Positions 9,425 through 19,472 of a stretch of DNA of 64,000 nucleotides are shown piece by piece (the stretch's first letter is position 1; each line of letters opens with the position of its first letter). Origin of the DNA: Alphaproteobacteria bacterium (lineage in GTDB: Bacteria > Pseudomonadota > Alphaproteobacteria > Rs-D84); assembly GCA_017472065.1 (NCBI GenBank), contig JAFURB010000003.1:16524-80523 (forward strand), read 5' to 3'. The position numbers and the translations under genes were made by a program. Under the pieces are notes generated by a model. It searched no databases. It worked only from the letters and a program-made list of their open reading frames with translations, and was not told the origin of the DNA.

Positions 9425-10168
9425 ATGCTATTTAATGTTACGCTATTTTCGGAAGATAATATAACAATCAGTGTCTTTGATGTAGAGGAACTTTCCGATG
9501 AACTAAAGTGCTTTATTGATGACAATATTCATCAAATATGCCTAGGAGAACCGGGTGATTTGTCGTGCGTAAAATTAGATTTAAGAGATAGAATTAATGG
9601 ATGGAATGATGATAACAAAAAAATAGGTTCTATTGCGGAATTTTTTGTGCATTTATACTTAAAACATGAAGGTTATCAGCAAGAATGCTTGTTTTTTAAT
9701 CTCGAAGAAAGGTCATTAAAAAAAGGCTTTGATGGCGTGTATTCTATTGGAGAGCAGCTTTGGTTTGTGGAAAGCAAGTCTGGTTTTATAAGCACGTCTG
9801 GAGTAACACATGCATCTAAGATACGAGAAGCTTATAATGATGTAAAAACAAAAATAACTACTGGTGTCAGTAATAATCCATGGTTAAACGCTTATAATCA
9901 TGCAAGGGTTGTAAAAACTAAAAAAAAGTTACGTGATACTTTAAAACAAATATCTGATGATTTTATTAATCATAGATATCAGACGATTGATGATAAAAAC
10001 ATAATACCGTGCGCAACTATATTCTTAAATGGTATATGGCAGCCACAAGATCATGCAAATATTATAGAGATGGTAAAAAGTATATCAACATTACATGGGA
10101 AAAATATTCATGCCATTTGTATAACACAAAATAGTTATGAAGTCTTTATGCGGTATTTAGAGGATTAA
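9425..10168 (+). CDS. HamA-like protein (putative PD-(D/E)xK nuclease, DUF1837-like); first gene of a Hachiman-like pair
   Basis: 247 aa. ...GFDGVYSIGEQLWFVESKSG contains a D...E-x-K arrangement. Its stop overlaps the start of the downstream helicase (TAAAATGAG). The family assignment rests on size, motif and gene context only. Confidence 0.4.
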   Translation: MLFNVTLFSEDNITISVFDVEELSDELKCFIDDNIHQICLGEPGDLSCVKLDLRDRINGWNDDNKKIGSIAEFFVHLYLKHEGYQQECLFFNLEERSLKKGFDGVYSIGEQLWFVESKSGFISTSGVTHASKIREAYNDVKTKITTGVSNNPWLNAYNHARVVKTKKKLRDTLKQISDDFINHRYQTIDDKNIIPCATIFLNGIWQPQDHANIIEMVKSISTLHGKNIHAICITQNSYEVFMRYLED

Positions 10169-10169
10169 A

Positions 10170-12602
10170 ATGAGTGATTCTAGAAAAATATCGAATCTGA
10201 AAAGTATTAAGCCTGTTCGGGCCGTTCTAAAAAAATTATTTTTATCAGATGATACTATTGACGAAGAAGAAAAGCAATTTTTATTAACCGTAGCGATTGT
10301 ATTGCTTAATCAATATCAAGCGGATACATCACACAAAACAGCTTTTGAATTGGCGTATTTTATTGTTTTAAAATATTCAATTATGTTTCAAGATTGGCAA
10401 CCTTTGTATGATTTTGCACTAAATTATGGCTTTTATCCAATCTCTAATGCGATTATTAATAATAAAGGGATGCTTCCTAATATCACAACAGAAACTTTGA
10501 CCGTGGCAACAGAGTCTCAGTTTAAACATAATGATATTGTAGAAACGAAAGAACAAAATAGATCCAGAAGGGGGGTGTTAGCTACAGATGAAGCGTATGT
10601 AAGCTATGTTGCTCCAACATCTTTCGGAAAAAGTCAGGTTATTATTGAACATATAAGGCAAAATATAGCTTCTTATAACAAGTTCGCTATAGTTGTCCCC
10701 ACAAAATCATTGTTAATGCAAACATATAAAAACATAAAATCAGGTTTTACAAATGTTAGGGTATTAATACATGATGAAATGTATAGTGAAACCGATGAGA
10801 GATTTATTGCTGTATTTACTCAAGAAAGAGCATTGAGATTATTAGAAAAACACCAAAATATACATTTTGATGTTTTGTATATAGATGAAGCACATAAATT
10901 ATTAGAAAATTCAGATAGGAGTGTCTTGCTAACACGATTGGTAAGATTGGCAATGTATCGTAACAATCGCATAAAAATAATATATTTGTCCCCATTAATT
11001 CAAAATATTAATAATATTTCAATATCTGGTCAAAGTATAGAACCGCATAAAATATCAATTAACATAAAGATTCCTACGATTTATGAATATACAAATTCTG
11101 GAGATGTATTAATTTATAATCGATTTTTTGATGAATTTTATGCGAATGCTCATTTAGATGTTGATTATTTGCGGTATATAGAAACAAAATCAACAGATAA
11201 AAATTTTATATATTTGTACACTCCAATAAAAATAGAACGTTTTTCTAAAAGACTGTTTGAGTCTATAACGGAGATTCCTGTAAACGATGATGTTGTGCAG
11301 GTAATAGATAATCTAAATAAATATGTACATGAAGATTTTTATGTGTCTAAGTATTTGCGCAAGGGTATTATTTATATCCATGGAAAAATACCAGATGATA
11401 TAAAAGATTATTTGGAGTTCAAATTCAATACTATTAAAGAAATAAGATACTTGGTTGCAAACAATGTGATATTAGAAGGTGTAAATTTACCGTTTGATTC
11501 TTTGTTTATTATTGATTCACGGGGGCTAGATAAAAATTCATTAATAAATTTGATTGGCCGGGTGAATCGATTAAATATGGTATTTACAAGATCTATTGAC
11601 ACTCTATCAAAATTATTACCAGCAATACATTTTGTTGAAAATAATGAATTTTGTACTTGTAGTATGGCAAATAAAATCAAGCTGTTACAGACATCGGATT
11701 TTGTTGACGAGGTTGAAAACCCGCTATTGGATAGTTTTAATTTAGAAGCCGAAAAGAATGTGGAAAAACGTCATAAATGTGAAGAAACTATTAGAAATGA
11801 AAATTTGGTATTTTTAGAAACAGCAAGCGATGTACAAGTTCTAAAGCAAAATATGTTAAAACTTAGCATGAATGTGATATACAGCATAACAGACGAAGTG
11901 TGTGCCGACATTTTATCAAGAATTAACGGTTATAAAGAACAATATGGGATGCTATCCGATACAAAAAATGTATTTAACTTATTGTATCAGATATTCATAG
12001 AGCGGCTAGAGGAGACCATAAAGGATGAAGAATTTAAACGTTTGATAAATAATGCAAGTAGAGAGTATTATTATAAATTAATAGTAAAGCATAGAAAGAA
12101 GTCGTTAAAAGAGCAGATCTCTTTGACTGCCAGATATTTATATGGTCTTAAAAGAAATAGTGCCAATCCTCGTCTGTTCATAGGTTCTTCATACGGAGAG
12201 TGTGATGCTTTTGGTAATCCTTTTACAAATAAACATTTTTATATAGATGTTGGGGCAAAAAATTATTCTGAAATTGTAAATTTGTCTATAGTGAAGATAA
12301 AATTAGAGGAGGATTTTGTGAGTTTTAAACTGAATAAGTTCTTTCAGTTAATGCTGGATTATGAGCTTATATCAAGAGAGCTTTATAATGATTTAGTATA
12401 TGGCACTAATAACCCTTTGATTCTTATGTTGAGTAAACAAGGGCTAAGTCTGAATATAATAAACAAACTCATCAAAGATGAGCAATTGGGTAATTTATCA
12501 ATCGATAATTTTGGGAATTTATCATATAATGAACAATTTGCAGCATACAAAGAAACCTCTGATGACTTTTTTAAATTTGAATTAGATAAATTCTTACCAT
12601 AA
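10170..12602 (+). CDS. SF2 DExH-type helicase (810 aa), HamB-like; second gene of a Hachiman-like pair
   Basis: Walker A VAPTSFGKSQV, motif II LYIDEAHKL, motif VI LIGRVNRLN. The helicase core sits in the N-terminal half with a long C-terminal region, as in HamB. Confidence 0.6.
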   Translation: MSDSRKISNLKSIKPVRAVLKKLFLSDDTIDEEEKQFLLTVAIVLLNQYQADTSHKTAFELAYFIVLKYSIMFQDWQPLYDFALNYGFYPISNAIINNKGMLPNITTETLTVATESQFKHNDIVETKEQNRSRRGVLATDEAYVSYVAPTSFGKSQVIIEHIRQNIASYNKFAIVVPTKSLLMQTYKNIKSGFTNVRVLIHDEMYSETDERFIAVFTQERALRLLEKHQNIHFDVLYIDEAHKLLENSDRSVLLTRLVRLAMYRNNRIKIIYLSPLIQNINNISISGQSIEPHKISINIKIPTIYEYTNSGDVLIYNRFFDEFYANAHLDVDYLRYIETKSTDKNFIYLYTPIKIERFSKRLFESITEIPVNDDVVQVIDNLNKYVHEDFYVSKYLRKGIIYIHGKIPDDIKDYLEFKFNTIKEIRYLVANNVILEGVNLPFDSLFIIDSRGLDKNSLINLIGRVNRLNMVFTRSIDTLSKLLPAIHFVENNEFCTCSMANKIKLLQTSDFVDEVENPLLDSFNLEAEKNVEKRHKCEETIRNENLVFLETASDVQVLKQNMLKLSMNVIYSITDEVCADILSRINGYKEQYGMLSDTKNVFNLLYQIFIERLEETIKDEEFKRLINNASREYYYKLIVKHRKKSLKEQISLTARYLYGLKRNSANPRLFIGSSYGECDAFGNPFTNKHFYIDVGAKNYSEIVNLSIVKIKLEEDFVSFKLNKFFQLMLDYELISRELYNDLVYGTNNPLILMLSKQGLSLNIINKLIKDEQLGNLSIDNFGNLSYNEQFAAYKETSDDFFKFELDKFLP

Positions 12603-12610
12603 TAAAATAA

Positions 12611-12641
12611 AAATTCCCTGTTATTTGTTTAGGGAATTTTT
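12611..12641 (+). terminator. Terminator after the helicase gene
   Basis: Hairpin TTCCCTG-loop-AGGGAA followed by a T run. Confidence 0.45.
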
Positions 12642-12946
12642 TACGGGAAGTGGATAATATGCGACTTGGGCGTGGTGCAAAATTGGTTTTTGGGACAAAA
12701 ATGGCAAAATTTCCCTGTAAATTCCCTGATGTTGTATGCAAAAGACCGTAGAAAAGTCTTACTCCGCCAGGAAATTAAAATCAAAACCGCCCAAATTGGG
12801 CGTTTTGTTTTTGTGTTGACAGTTAAGAAAAAGCATATTAGCATTAGTAGCGTGACTTGTGATGACTAATGTTATCGCAAACATTATCCGCCAATGTGGA
12901 TAGATATTAAATAGGGTTCATCGCCCAAAACTCAAAGGAGTGAAAG

Positions 12947-13933
12947 ATGAAAAAAATCTACGACGATCCTAATATCGTTATATATTCAAAAACCGAAACA
13001 GATCCCGTTTTTCAAGAAATAAAAACATCTGATGGCAAATGTTTTAATACATCAAAACCGACTATTTATGATTTGGGAATTGGCCTTGGGGCTGCGGAAT
13101 TGATGTTTATAAACCCAAATACGGGCGAATGGCTTCATGGTGGTGATGGTGAAATTATACCAATAAGCACAAAAGCGAACAAAGTAGTGTTTAATGAAAA
13201 GGTATGGTCGTTAAGCGGGTTGGCAACACATTTGCAGAGCAAATATCCAGAATCTAAATGCCCAGAAGCTCAGGTATATGACTTTTTTGCATATGGAAGC
13301 AAAGCCGATACATTGGCAAAGAAAGAACGAGAATTTTTGGAAAAATACTATAAAATTTCCATACCAAAGGGGCGTCTTGAATTATTGGCAGAACAAAGGT
13401 ATTTGGCGGAACAAAAAAAATACGACGCAAATGATTTACCCATATTTGACGTACATAAAGATGTGTATAAAATCGTAGACTGGCAAAACGATGATTTGAC
13501 ATCTGTAAAGGGATTTAAATGGTCTATTGATGGCACAAAATTTGCTGGCGAAACACGAAAATTTAAAGAGATGTTTAAGCAAATCGTTTCTTGTTTGTAT
13601 AATCATATGCCACGGGTTTTGGATATTGAAATGATTCGCATATTGTCGGAATCTGATGCGTTATTTAATCCCACAATTAAAAAAATAATAGGTGTTTCTG
13701 GTGAAGTGCCTGTGGTAAATGGCAATATTGATGGCCTAGAGTTTTCTAATATTCCAAATAATCACAGACATATTGATACATATACGGACAGTATGTGGAT
13801 AGAAGTAGTTCCGGAGTGGCTTTACATTTGGGGGTTGTATTCCAATAATGATTTAAAAAAGAAGTTACAAATATTATTAAAATTATATGGAATAGAACCA
13901 AATATGTTAAAAATATCAATCCAAGAACACTAA
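12947..13933 (+). CDS. Hypothetical protein (328 aa); candidate island cargo
   Basis: Clean ORF with RBS aaggag, ending at a hairpin terminator. No recognisable domain. Confidence 0.5.
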   Translation: MKKIYDDPNIVIYSKTETDPVFQEIKTSDGKCFNTSKPTIYDLGIGLGAAELMFINPNTGEWLHGGDGEIIPISTKANKVVFNEKVWSLSGLATHLQSKYPESKCPEAQVYDFFAYGSKADTLAKKEREFLEKYYKISIPKGRLELLAEQRYLAEQKKYDANDLPIFDVHKDVYKIVDWQNDDLTSVKGFKWSIDGTKFAGETRKFKEMFKQIVSCLYNHMPRVLDIEMIRILSESDALFNPTIKKIIGVSGEVPVVNGNIDGLEFSNIPNNHRHIDTYTDSMWIEVVPEWLYIWGLYSNNDLKKKLQILLKLYGIEPNMLKISIQEH

Positions 13934-13939
13934 AATAAT

Positions 13940-13970
13940 AACACCGCTAAATGGCGGTGTTATTATTTTC
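13940..13970 (+). terminator. Rho-independent terminator
   Basis: AACACCGC-TAAAT-GGCGGTGTT followed by ATTATTTT. Confidence 0.65.
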
Positions 13971-13989
13971 AATTTTAACATAGTGTGTG

Positions 13990-14329
13990 CTACGTCTTGC
14001 GCCACGCCGTCGCAAACGCTTTCAATATCAGATGGTTGTTTCCTGTAATGCTTAGCGTGCCATTGTGTCCGCCCCTAAATCTGGTGTTGGCATATCGGCG
14101 CAGCACAACCGGTCGCACAATCGTCACATTATCGCTATTTACCATATATTCCATTGGACTGTTATTATGATTGATATGGTATGTAGATAAAAATGAATTG
14201 TACAACCGTGGGTTGATGTTGATGCAGAATATCAGTTGTTCTTGCGAATAAACTGCCTGTTCAATCATAACGCGAACCAATTCTCGTCTTTGCAGGTATG
14301 ACAGATCTTCCCACTCAATCCGTTTTAAT
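13990..14329 (-). pseudogene. Truncated internal fragment of a serine recombinase gene (copy 2 of the duplicated segment, 14002-14329)
   Basis: The 96-aa ORF and the sequence upstream of it are roughly 85-90% identical to residues ~335-440 of the recombinase at 2375-3967. The catalytic N-domain and the C-terminal end are both missing. Confidence 0.7.
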
Positions 14330-14357
14330 ATGCTGGTTGGCTTTTTGCAAGGTTAAG

Positions 14358-14465
14358 GAAAAAATAAAGCAGACACCGAAGTGTCTGCTTGAAATGGTGT
14401 CCACATTCACAAGAATGCTTCCTTATTAACGACTAGACATCTAATTCCAACTTGATTTTATTCGT
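14358..14465 (-). ncRNA. tracrRNA (trans-activating CRISPR RNA)
   Basis: Plus-strand 14433-14450 CTAGACATCTAATTCCAA is the exact reverse complement of the repeat core TTGGAATTAGATGTCTAG. The minus-strand RNA reads ...AAUCAAGUUGGAAUUAGAUGUCUAGUCGUUAAUAAGGAAGCAUUC...GCAGACACUUCGGUGUCUGCUUUAUUUUUU: anti-repeat, then UCGUUAAUAAGG (nexus-like; compare SpCas9 tracr AAGUUAAAAUAAGG), then an intrinsic terminator (hairpin 14369-14388 plus U run). The 5' end is not defined. Confidence 0.7.
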
Positions 14466-14573
14466 TAAGTCACCACTGGCATGATTATATCACTTGTATA
14501 AATAATGTCAAATAGTTTGATTTTATGCCCAATATTGTATACCATAATTACAAATTATTACAAAGGTGCGGAC

Positions 14574-17500
14574 ATGAAGTACAAACTTGGTTTAGATTTA
14601 GGCAGCACATCACTTGGTTGGGCTGTGGTTGAATTGGGGGATAATGATGAAATTTTGCGTTTGGTTGATATGGGTGTCCGCATCTTTCCAGATGGTCAGG
14701 AGCATTCGCCAACTGGCGTAAAGAGTTTGGCCAGTGTTCGTTCGGAAAAGAAACAGCAAAGACTTCAGACAGACCGTCGCAAGATGCGAAGAAAACAACT
14801 GTTTAGCAAATTGGTTGAAACAGGATTGTTACCGACAGATAAAGAAATGCTAAAAGAATTATTAAATCCTGGGATTGGAAATGGGAATCGAACCAATCCA
14901 TATGAATTGCGAAACAAGGCTGTTGAAGAACAAGTATCGTTGTATGAGTTAGGGCGTATTTTATGGCATTTATCCAAACATCGTGGATTTTCGGGTAAAC
15001 GAGATCAGGATATTGATATACAAAGTACAAAACAACAGGTCGAGCCATCAGAAACCGATAACGCCAAAGAAGCAAAAAATGTTAATAAAAGAATTGAACG
15101 GTTGCGCCATGAAATCGCAAGTGCAGGGGTTAAGACTTTGGGGCAATACTTACATAAGAAATATGAAGAAAACAAGTCCGTTCGTTTTACTGCGCTTGAG
15201 GCCAGTACAGGTCAATCATCTGGATTCCCCAGCAGGAAACTTTATCAAGAAGAATTTGAAACTATATGGAAAAAACAAGAAAAGTATTATCCAAATATAT
15301 TAAACGAGCAGTTAAAAAAAGAGTTACGTGATGATATAATGTATTTTCAGCGACCATTGGCACAGCAACCAGTCGGAAAGTGTAAATTTGAGAAGTCTGA
15401 AGATAGAATCGCAAAGTGTTATCCATTATATCAGGAATATCGAATTTTGCAGGATATTAATGATTTAGAATTGGATGGCACACCGTTACCTGATGAGTAT
15501 CGTATGGCAATCTATCATATGCTTATGAATCCTAATGCTGTTGATGAAATGATTGACGGAAATGGGCGATTGTCGTTTGATAAAATTCGCGAGCACTTGA
15601 ATATTATCGGCAGATTTAATTTGGAACATATTGGTAATCGTGGATTGTTGTGTAACAAGACAAACAAAGTTATGTCTTCTGATGCAGTGTTTGGTGACAA
15701 ATGGTTTGACTTTGATGCAGAAACCCAGGAAAAAATAATTTACGAGATTACGGCTTATCACAAGACAAAAAATCAAAGTAAAGAAGCTCTTCAAGAGATG
15801 GGGATAAAAGATGATGCATTGATTGAACGCTTGCTAAAAAAACACTCTTTGTTGACCAAAGGCTATTCTGAATTGTCTGCGATGGCAATAAAAAGGGTGT
15901 TGCCAGCCATGAAAAATGGAAAAAAATGGCACGAAGCGGCAGCGGAGAAATACGGAAAACACACGGTTGTCAGACCGTATTATACATTTGGGTATAATCC
16001 ACCCAAGCAATTACCAGACTACAGAAAATTATTTCACGAATCTCTTACCAATGGAAAAATTGGCAATGTGACAGTGCATATTGGCTTAAATCAATTGCGT
16101 GCAGTTATTAATGCCTTGATAGAAAGATACGGTCATCCATATAGCATAGCCATTGAAATGGCGCGTGAATTAAAAATGGGTAAAAAGGCATTGGATATAT
16201 ACAGGCGAAAACAATGGCAAAACCAAAAGTTTAATATAGATGCCCGCAGAAAAATTAACGATGTCTTGGGACGTTCGTATGATAGTGCTGTGTCTTCTGG
16301 TGAAATGGAAAGGTATAAAGTATGGTATAACCTAAATCCGAAAAACGAAAATCAAAGGTATGACTGGTATGATTCTTCTGATACCCCATTGATAAGTTTA
16401 CGTGATGCCTTGTCATCGGAATATGAAATTGAACACATTATTCCACGGTCAATTGGTGGTGATGATACATGGGCAAATAAAATTTTGACCAGAAAGGATC
16501 ATAACTTAGCCAAAGGTAACATGTTGCCATATCAATATTTGTCAGAAAGCCAGCTGGCACGTGCAAAGCGCTGGGCCAAAGATTCAGATGATGTCAGAAA
16601 GACAGAATCTCAGCGCAAGGAAGAAGAAAAAGCAATTAGAGCAGGTAAACCGGTTCCTTTTGTGTTTAATTCGTTTGCGTGGCGTTTTGAATCTAATGCT
16701 GGTTCGCACATAAACAAAGATTTCAAATCACGCGATTTGAATGATACCCGCTATTTGTGCAAGGTGGCACGTGATTATTTATCATATATTTGTGTTGGTT
16801 ATTCTCATGCAGAAAAACAGCGAACCCCTTATGTTATTGCCAGTAATGGTACGATGACCAGTTTATTCAAAGATATATGGGAATTAAATGACTGTTTGCC
16901 TTATGATTATGATAAGTGGTCAATTCAGGATTGGCAACGTGATATTATGAAACAAAGAATCTTTGAACGTCTGTTCAAAGATGATCCGGAATTTGGTGTG
17001 TATGATAAAGAAAAAACAGCAAGCAAGGCAAAACAAGATGCCGAAAAAAAGCAAATAGAAGAGGAATTAAAAAATACGCCCGATTCAGAGTTTCTGAAAA
17101 TATCTAGCAGAAAGAAAGACCGAACCAACCATTATCATCATGCTCTGGATGCATTTGTGATTGCATGTTTGGACAACAAAATGGTGCAAGAAATCAATGC
17201 GCGCGCAAACGAATTTGCGGACATGCGCGACAAGTGGAACAGGCAAAATGATGCAGACAAAGAAAAAAGCTTGCAACAGATTCGCAAAGAGCAAATTCAG
17301 AAAGAATACACTAAGCCATTTGGTGGGTTTGATAAAAATCTTTTGGCAAAAACTTTGGCTGATTTGGTGGTGGCAGAAAAACAGCAACCGGATAAATTGC
17401 AGCAGTATTTGTCAGGAAAAAGCAAAGGTGTTGCTTCTTTTACACAAGATACAGCATTTGGGATTGCTGATGAAGAATATTTTGATGATGGCTATATAAT

Positions 17501-18134
17501 GTTACGTGTGAACGGCAAAACGTCCAAGGCCGATTTGAAAACATTGGTGCCCGTGTTTAACAAACAGCATCCCGAATATAAAAGATTAAAACAGCAATAT
17601 ATTGATGCGTATGCCCAGTGGCGCACGGACAAAAAAGATCGCCAGAAAATAAGAAACTTGATGGCTTGTATATCACGTGACAAGGTATTCAAGTGGTTGG
17701 CCAGTGGTGGTAATTATGCGACTGAAATTTATACAAATGGCAAAAGCGCTGTTTGGTCATCGGATATTATGTCGAATTGGTGGGCTTTGCAACGCGGCGG
17801 TCGTTTCTGGTGGCGCGATGATTATCCAAATGGAAAATGCATAATGAAATTACGCATCGGCAGCAAGATTCGTGTAATGCATGAAAACGCAACACTTTTG
17901 AAAGAACAAAGAAATATTGGGAAATGGGTGATAAGTCAGATAGAACACGGTCGTGATTTGTTGTTTCGGGTCAAAAAGTTAACAGGTACAAACATTTACT
18001 TGACGCCGGTGCATGTCGCACTTGAAAAACCCGATGATACAAAAACATGGCAGGCCTCGGCACGTTCACTACAAAAAGTATCTGCACAGATTGTTGAAAT
18101 ATCTGTTCTGGGCGATGTTGTTGAACTAAAATAA
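14574..18134 (+). CDS. cas9: Cas9 endonuclease (1186 aa), type II-C-like
   Basis: RuvC-I MKYKLGLDLGSTSLGWAV; Arg-rich bridge helix RRKMRRKQLF; HNH YEIEHIIPRSIGGDDTWANKILTRKDHNLAKGN; RuvC-III NHYHHALDAFVIA. The track ORF starts 23 codons earlier; the ATG at 14574 follows RBS AAAGG and matches the conserved Cas9 N-terminus. There is no csn2 or cas4 in the locus. Confidence 0.9.
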   Translation: MKYKLGLDLGSTSLGWAVVELGDNDEILRLVDMGVRIFPDGQEHSPTGVKSLASVRSEKKQQRLQTDRRKMRRKQLFSKLVETGLLPTDKEMLKELLNPGIGNGNRTNPYELRNKAVEEQVSLYELGRILWHLSKHRGFSGKRDQDIDIQSTKQQVEPSETDNAKEAKNVNKRIERLRHEIASAGVKTLGQYLHKKYEENKSVRFTALEASTGQSSGFPSRKLYQEEFETIWKKQEKYYPNILNEQLKKELRDDIMYFQRPLAQQPVGKCKFEKSEDRIAKCYPLYQEYRILQDINDLELDGTPLPDEYRMAIYHMLMNPNAVDEMIDGNGRLSFDKIREHLNIIGRFNLEHIGNRGLLCNKTNKVMSSDAVFGDKWFDFDAETQEKIIYEITAYHKTKNQSKEALQEMGIKDDALIERLLKKHSLLTKGYSELSAMAIKRVLPAMKNGKKWHEAAAEKYGKHTVVRPYYTFGYNPPKQLPDYRKLFHESLTNGKIGNVTVHIGLNQLRAVINALIERYGHPYSIAIEMARELKMGKKALDIYRRKQWQNQKFNIDARRKINDVLGRSYDSAVSSGEMERYKVWYNLNPKNENQRYDWYDSSDTPLISLRDALSSEYEIEHIIPRSIGGDDTWANKILTRKDHNLAKGNMLPYQYLSESQLARAKRWAKDSDDVRKTESQRKEEEKAIRAGKPVPFVFNSFAWRFESNAGSHINKDFKSRDLNDTRYLCKVARDYLSYICVGYSHAEKQRTPYVIASNGTMTSLFKDIWELNDCLPYDYDKWSIQDWQRDIMKQRIFERLFKDDPEFGVYDKEKTASKAKQDAEKKQIEEELKNTPDSEFLKISSRKKDRTNHYHHALDAFVIACLDNKMVQEINARANEFADMRDKWNRQNDADKEKSLQQIRKEQIQKEYTKPFGGFDKNLLAKTLADLVVAEKQQPDKLQQYLSGKSKGVASFTQDTAFGIADEEYFDDGYIMLRVNGKTSKADLKTLVPVFNKQHPEYKRLKQQYIDAYAQWRTDKKDRQKIRNLMACISRDKVFKWLASGGNYATEIYTNGKSAVWSSDIMSNWWALQRGGRFWWRDDYPNGKCIMKLRIGSKIRVMHENATLLKEQRNIGKWVISQIEHGRDLLFRVKKLTGTNIYLTPVHVALEKPDDTKTWQASARSLQKVSAQIVEISVLGDVVELK

Positions 18135-18464
18135 TTGTAATTGATTGGGGCGTTGTGCCAGTGCGGTTGGCATCTCGGCCTTGTCCAGGTGGATTATGTC
18201 CCCAAATTGGGTGTCTGTAAAGAACAGAATATTCACGTCCCCCGTACACGGGTTGTTGCGTTTTATTGCCCGGATATATTTTTGTGAATTTTCGCGTGTA
18301 CCTGTAAATCGCATATATACAGAGTATTGCGCCATCGAAAATCCCATGTCTTGCAGGAAATTACGAAACTGGCTTGCTGCGCGCCGTTCCTGTTTCGTTT
18401 CGGTCGGTAAATCGAACATAACCATCATCCACATGTACTTTAATCCATCAGTTCTGTATGACAT
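18126..18464 (-). CDS. cas2: Cas2
   Basis: MSYRTDGLKYMWMMVMFDLPTETKQERRAASQFRNFLQDMGF matches the type II Cas2 N-terminus (compare MSYRYMRMILMFDMPTDT). The 3' end overlaps the cas9 stop region by 9 bp, convergently. Confidence 0.85.
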   Translation of the reverse strand: MSYRTDGLKYMWMMVMFDLPTETKQERRAASQFRNFLQDMGFSMAQYSVYMRFTGTRENSQKYIRAIKRNNPCTGDVNILFFTDTQFGDIIHLDKAEMPTALAQRPNQLQLF

Positions 18465-19383
18465 TTTCAAAATCCAATTTATTTTTCTTTTCACTCAGGG
18501 AATTTACAAAATTCCAAACATCGCGTTGCATAATATTTATCAATGGTGAAAATCCAGCGCGTGTTTTAATCTCGGATTCTAAAATCATCGCCATTTGACG
18601 TTTGTCATCTGGTGTTAATTCGCGCGTTTGGTCGTCTGAACCTTGAAAAATCTGATATACAATTGCATCTACGATTGGGCGATATGGTTCCATTAAATCA
18701 TCAACCAGGCACATTGGATTTAGTTGGTTGTGGTGCTGTATTCCATATGACGGGTTTAGTCCTGCTGCAACCACCAAACGTGCCATTGCGCCCCTAATAA
18801 TTGCATATCCATAGTTTAAGAAAGCATTAATTCCACCCATCGTATGTATGCGTAAGAATCCGCCACCGAACAGGGCGGGAAAATACATGCGGGCGGCGAT
18901 TCCTTCTATATTACTGGTGTCACCAGATTGTACAACTGTTGGCAGATTTTTGATTTTGTTATCCAATCCGAAATAGTCCAATACGCGTGATTGGTTTCGA
19001 ATTTTTTCCTGAACAATCGTTTTCCATAATTGTTTTTGTAGTGGCTTGGATGAATTGACCTGTGTTTGCTGTACGGTCATTTGTCGTGTTTGTCCGATCA
19101 ATGGCGTCATTATTCCCACCGGATTATAGTTGTCGCCAATGATGATTAAAGGGATTCCATTGTCGCATAATTGGGTCATAAGATTTTGTGTAAATAAAAT
19201 GGCACGGCCTGTTGCCATTACGGCACAAATAGAATCCATTGGAACCTCGGCCAATGTGATGCCGCGTTCTTTGATGCACAAGAAACCACGGCGTGCCGTC
19301 AATTCGCGATTGTTATTAGAAATTTCAATAATGTTTGTTTGCATATCTGTTATATAAGCACAAAATATTGATTTGTCAACCAT
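18448..19383 (-). CDS. cas1: Cas1 integrase
   Basis: Type II Cas1 hallmarks: ...SGDTSNIEGIAARMYFPALFG..., ...NYGYAIIRGAMARLVVAAGLNPSYGIQHH..., ...DLMEPYRPIVD... The start may instead be the internal Met MQTNII at about 19344. Confidence 0.9.
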   Translation of the reverse strand: MVDKSIFCAYITDMQTNIIEISNNNRELTARRGFLCIKERGITLAEVPMDSICAVMATGRAILFTQNLMTQLCDNGIPLIIIGDNYNPVGIMTPLIGQTRQMTVQQTQVNSSKPLQKQLWKTIVQEKIRNQSRVLDYFGLDNKIKNLPTVVQSGDTSNIEGIAARMYFPALFGGGFLRIHTMGGINAFLNYGYAIIRGAMARLVVAAGLNPSYGIQHHNQLNPMCLVDDLMEPYRPIVDAIVYQIFQGSDDQTRELTPDDKRQMAMILESEIKTRAGFSPLINIMQRDVWNFVNSLSEKKNKLDFENVIQN

Positions 19384-19472
19384 AAGTAAGTTTCTTATAA
19401 AGAAAAAATAGCAAAACGAATCGATTTTTTGAATAAATTTGATTGTTTTTTGATTTTAGATATAACATAAAA

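Noticed and set aside
12645-12812. Possible small RNA between two terminator-like hairpins downstream of the helicase gene
   Set aside because: It is defined only by the flanking hairpins. There is no promoter or conserved structure evident. Left as unsupported.
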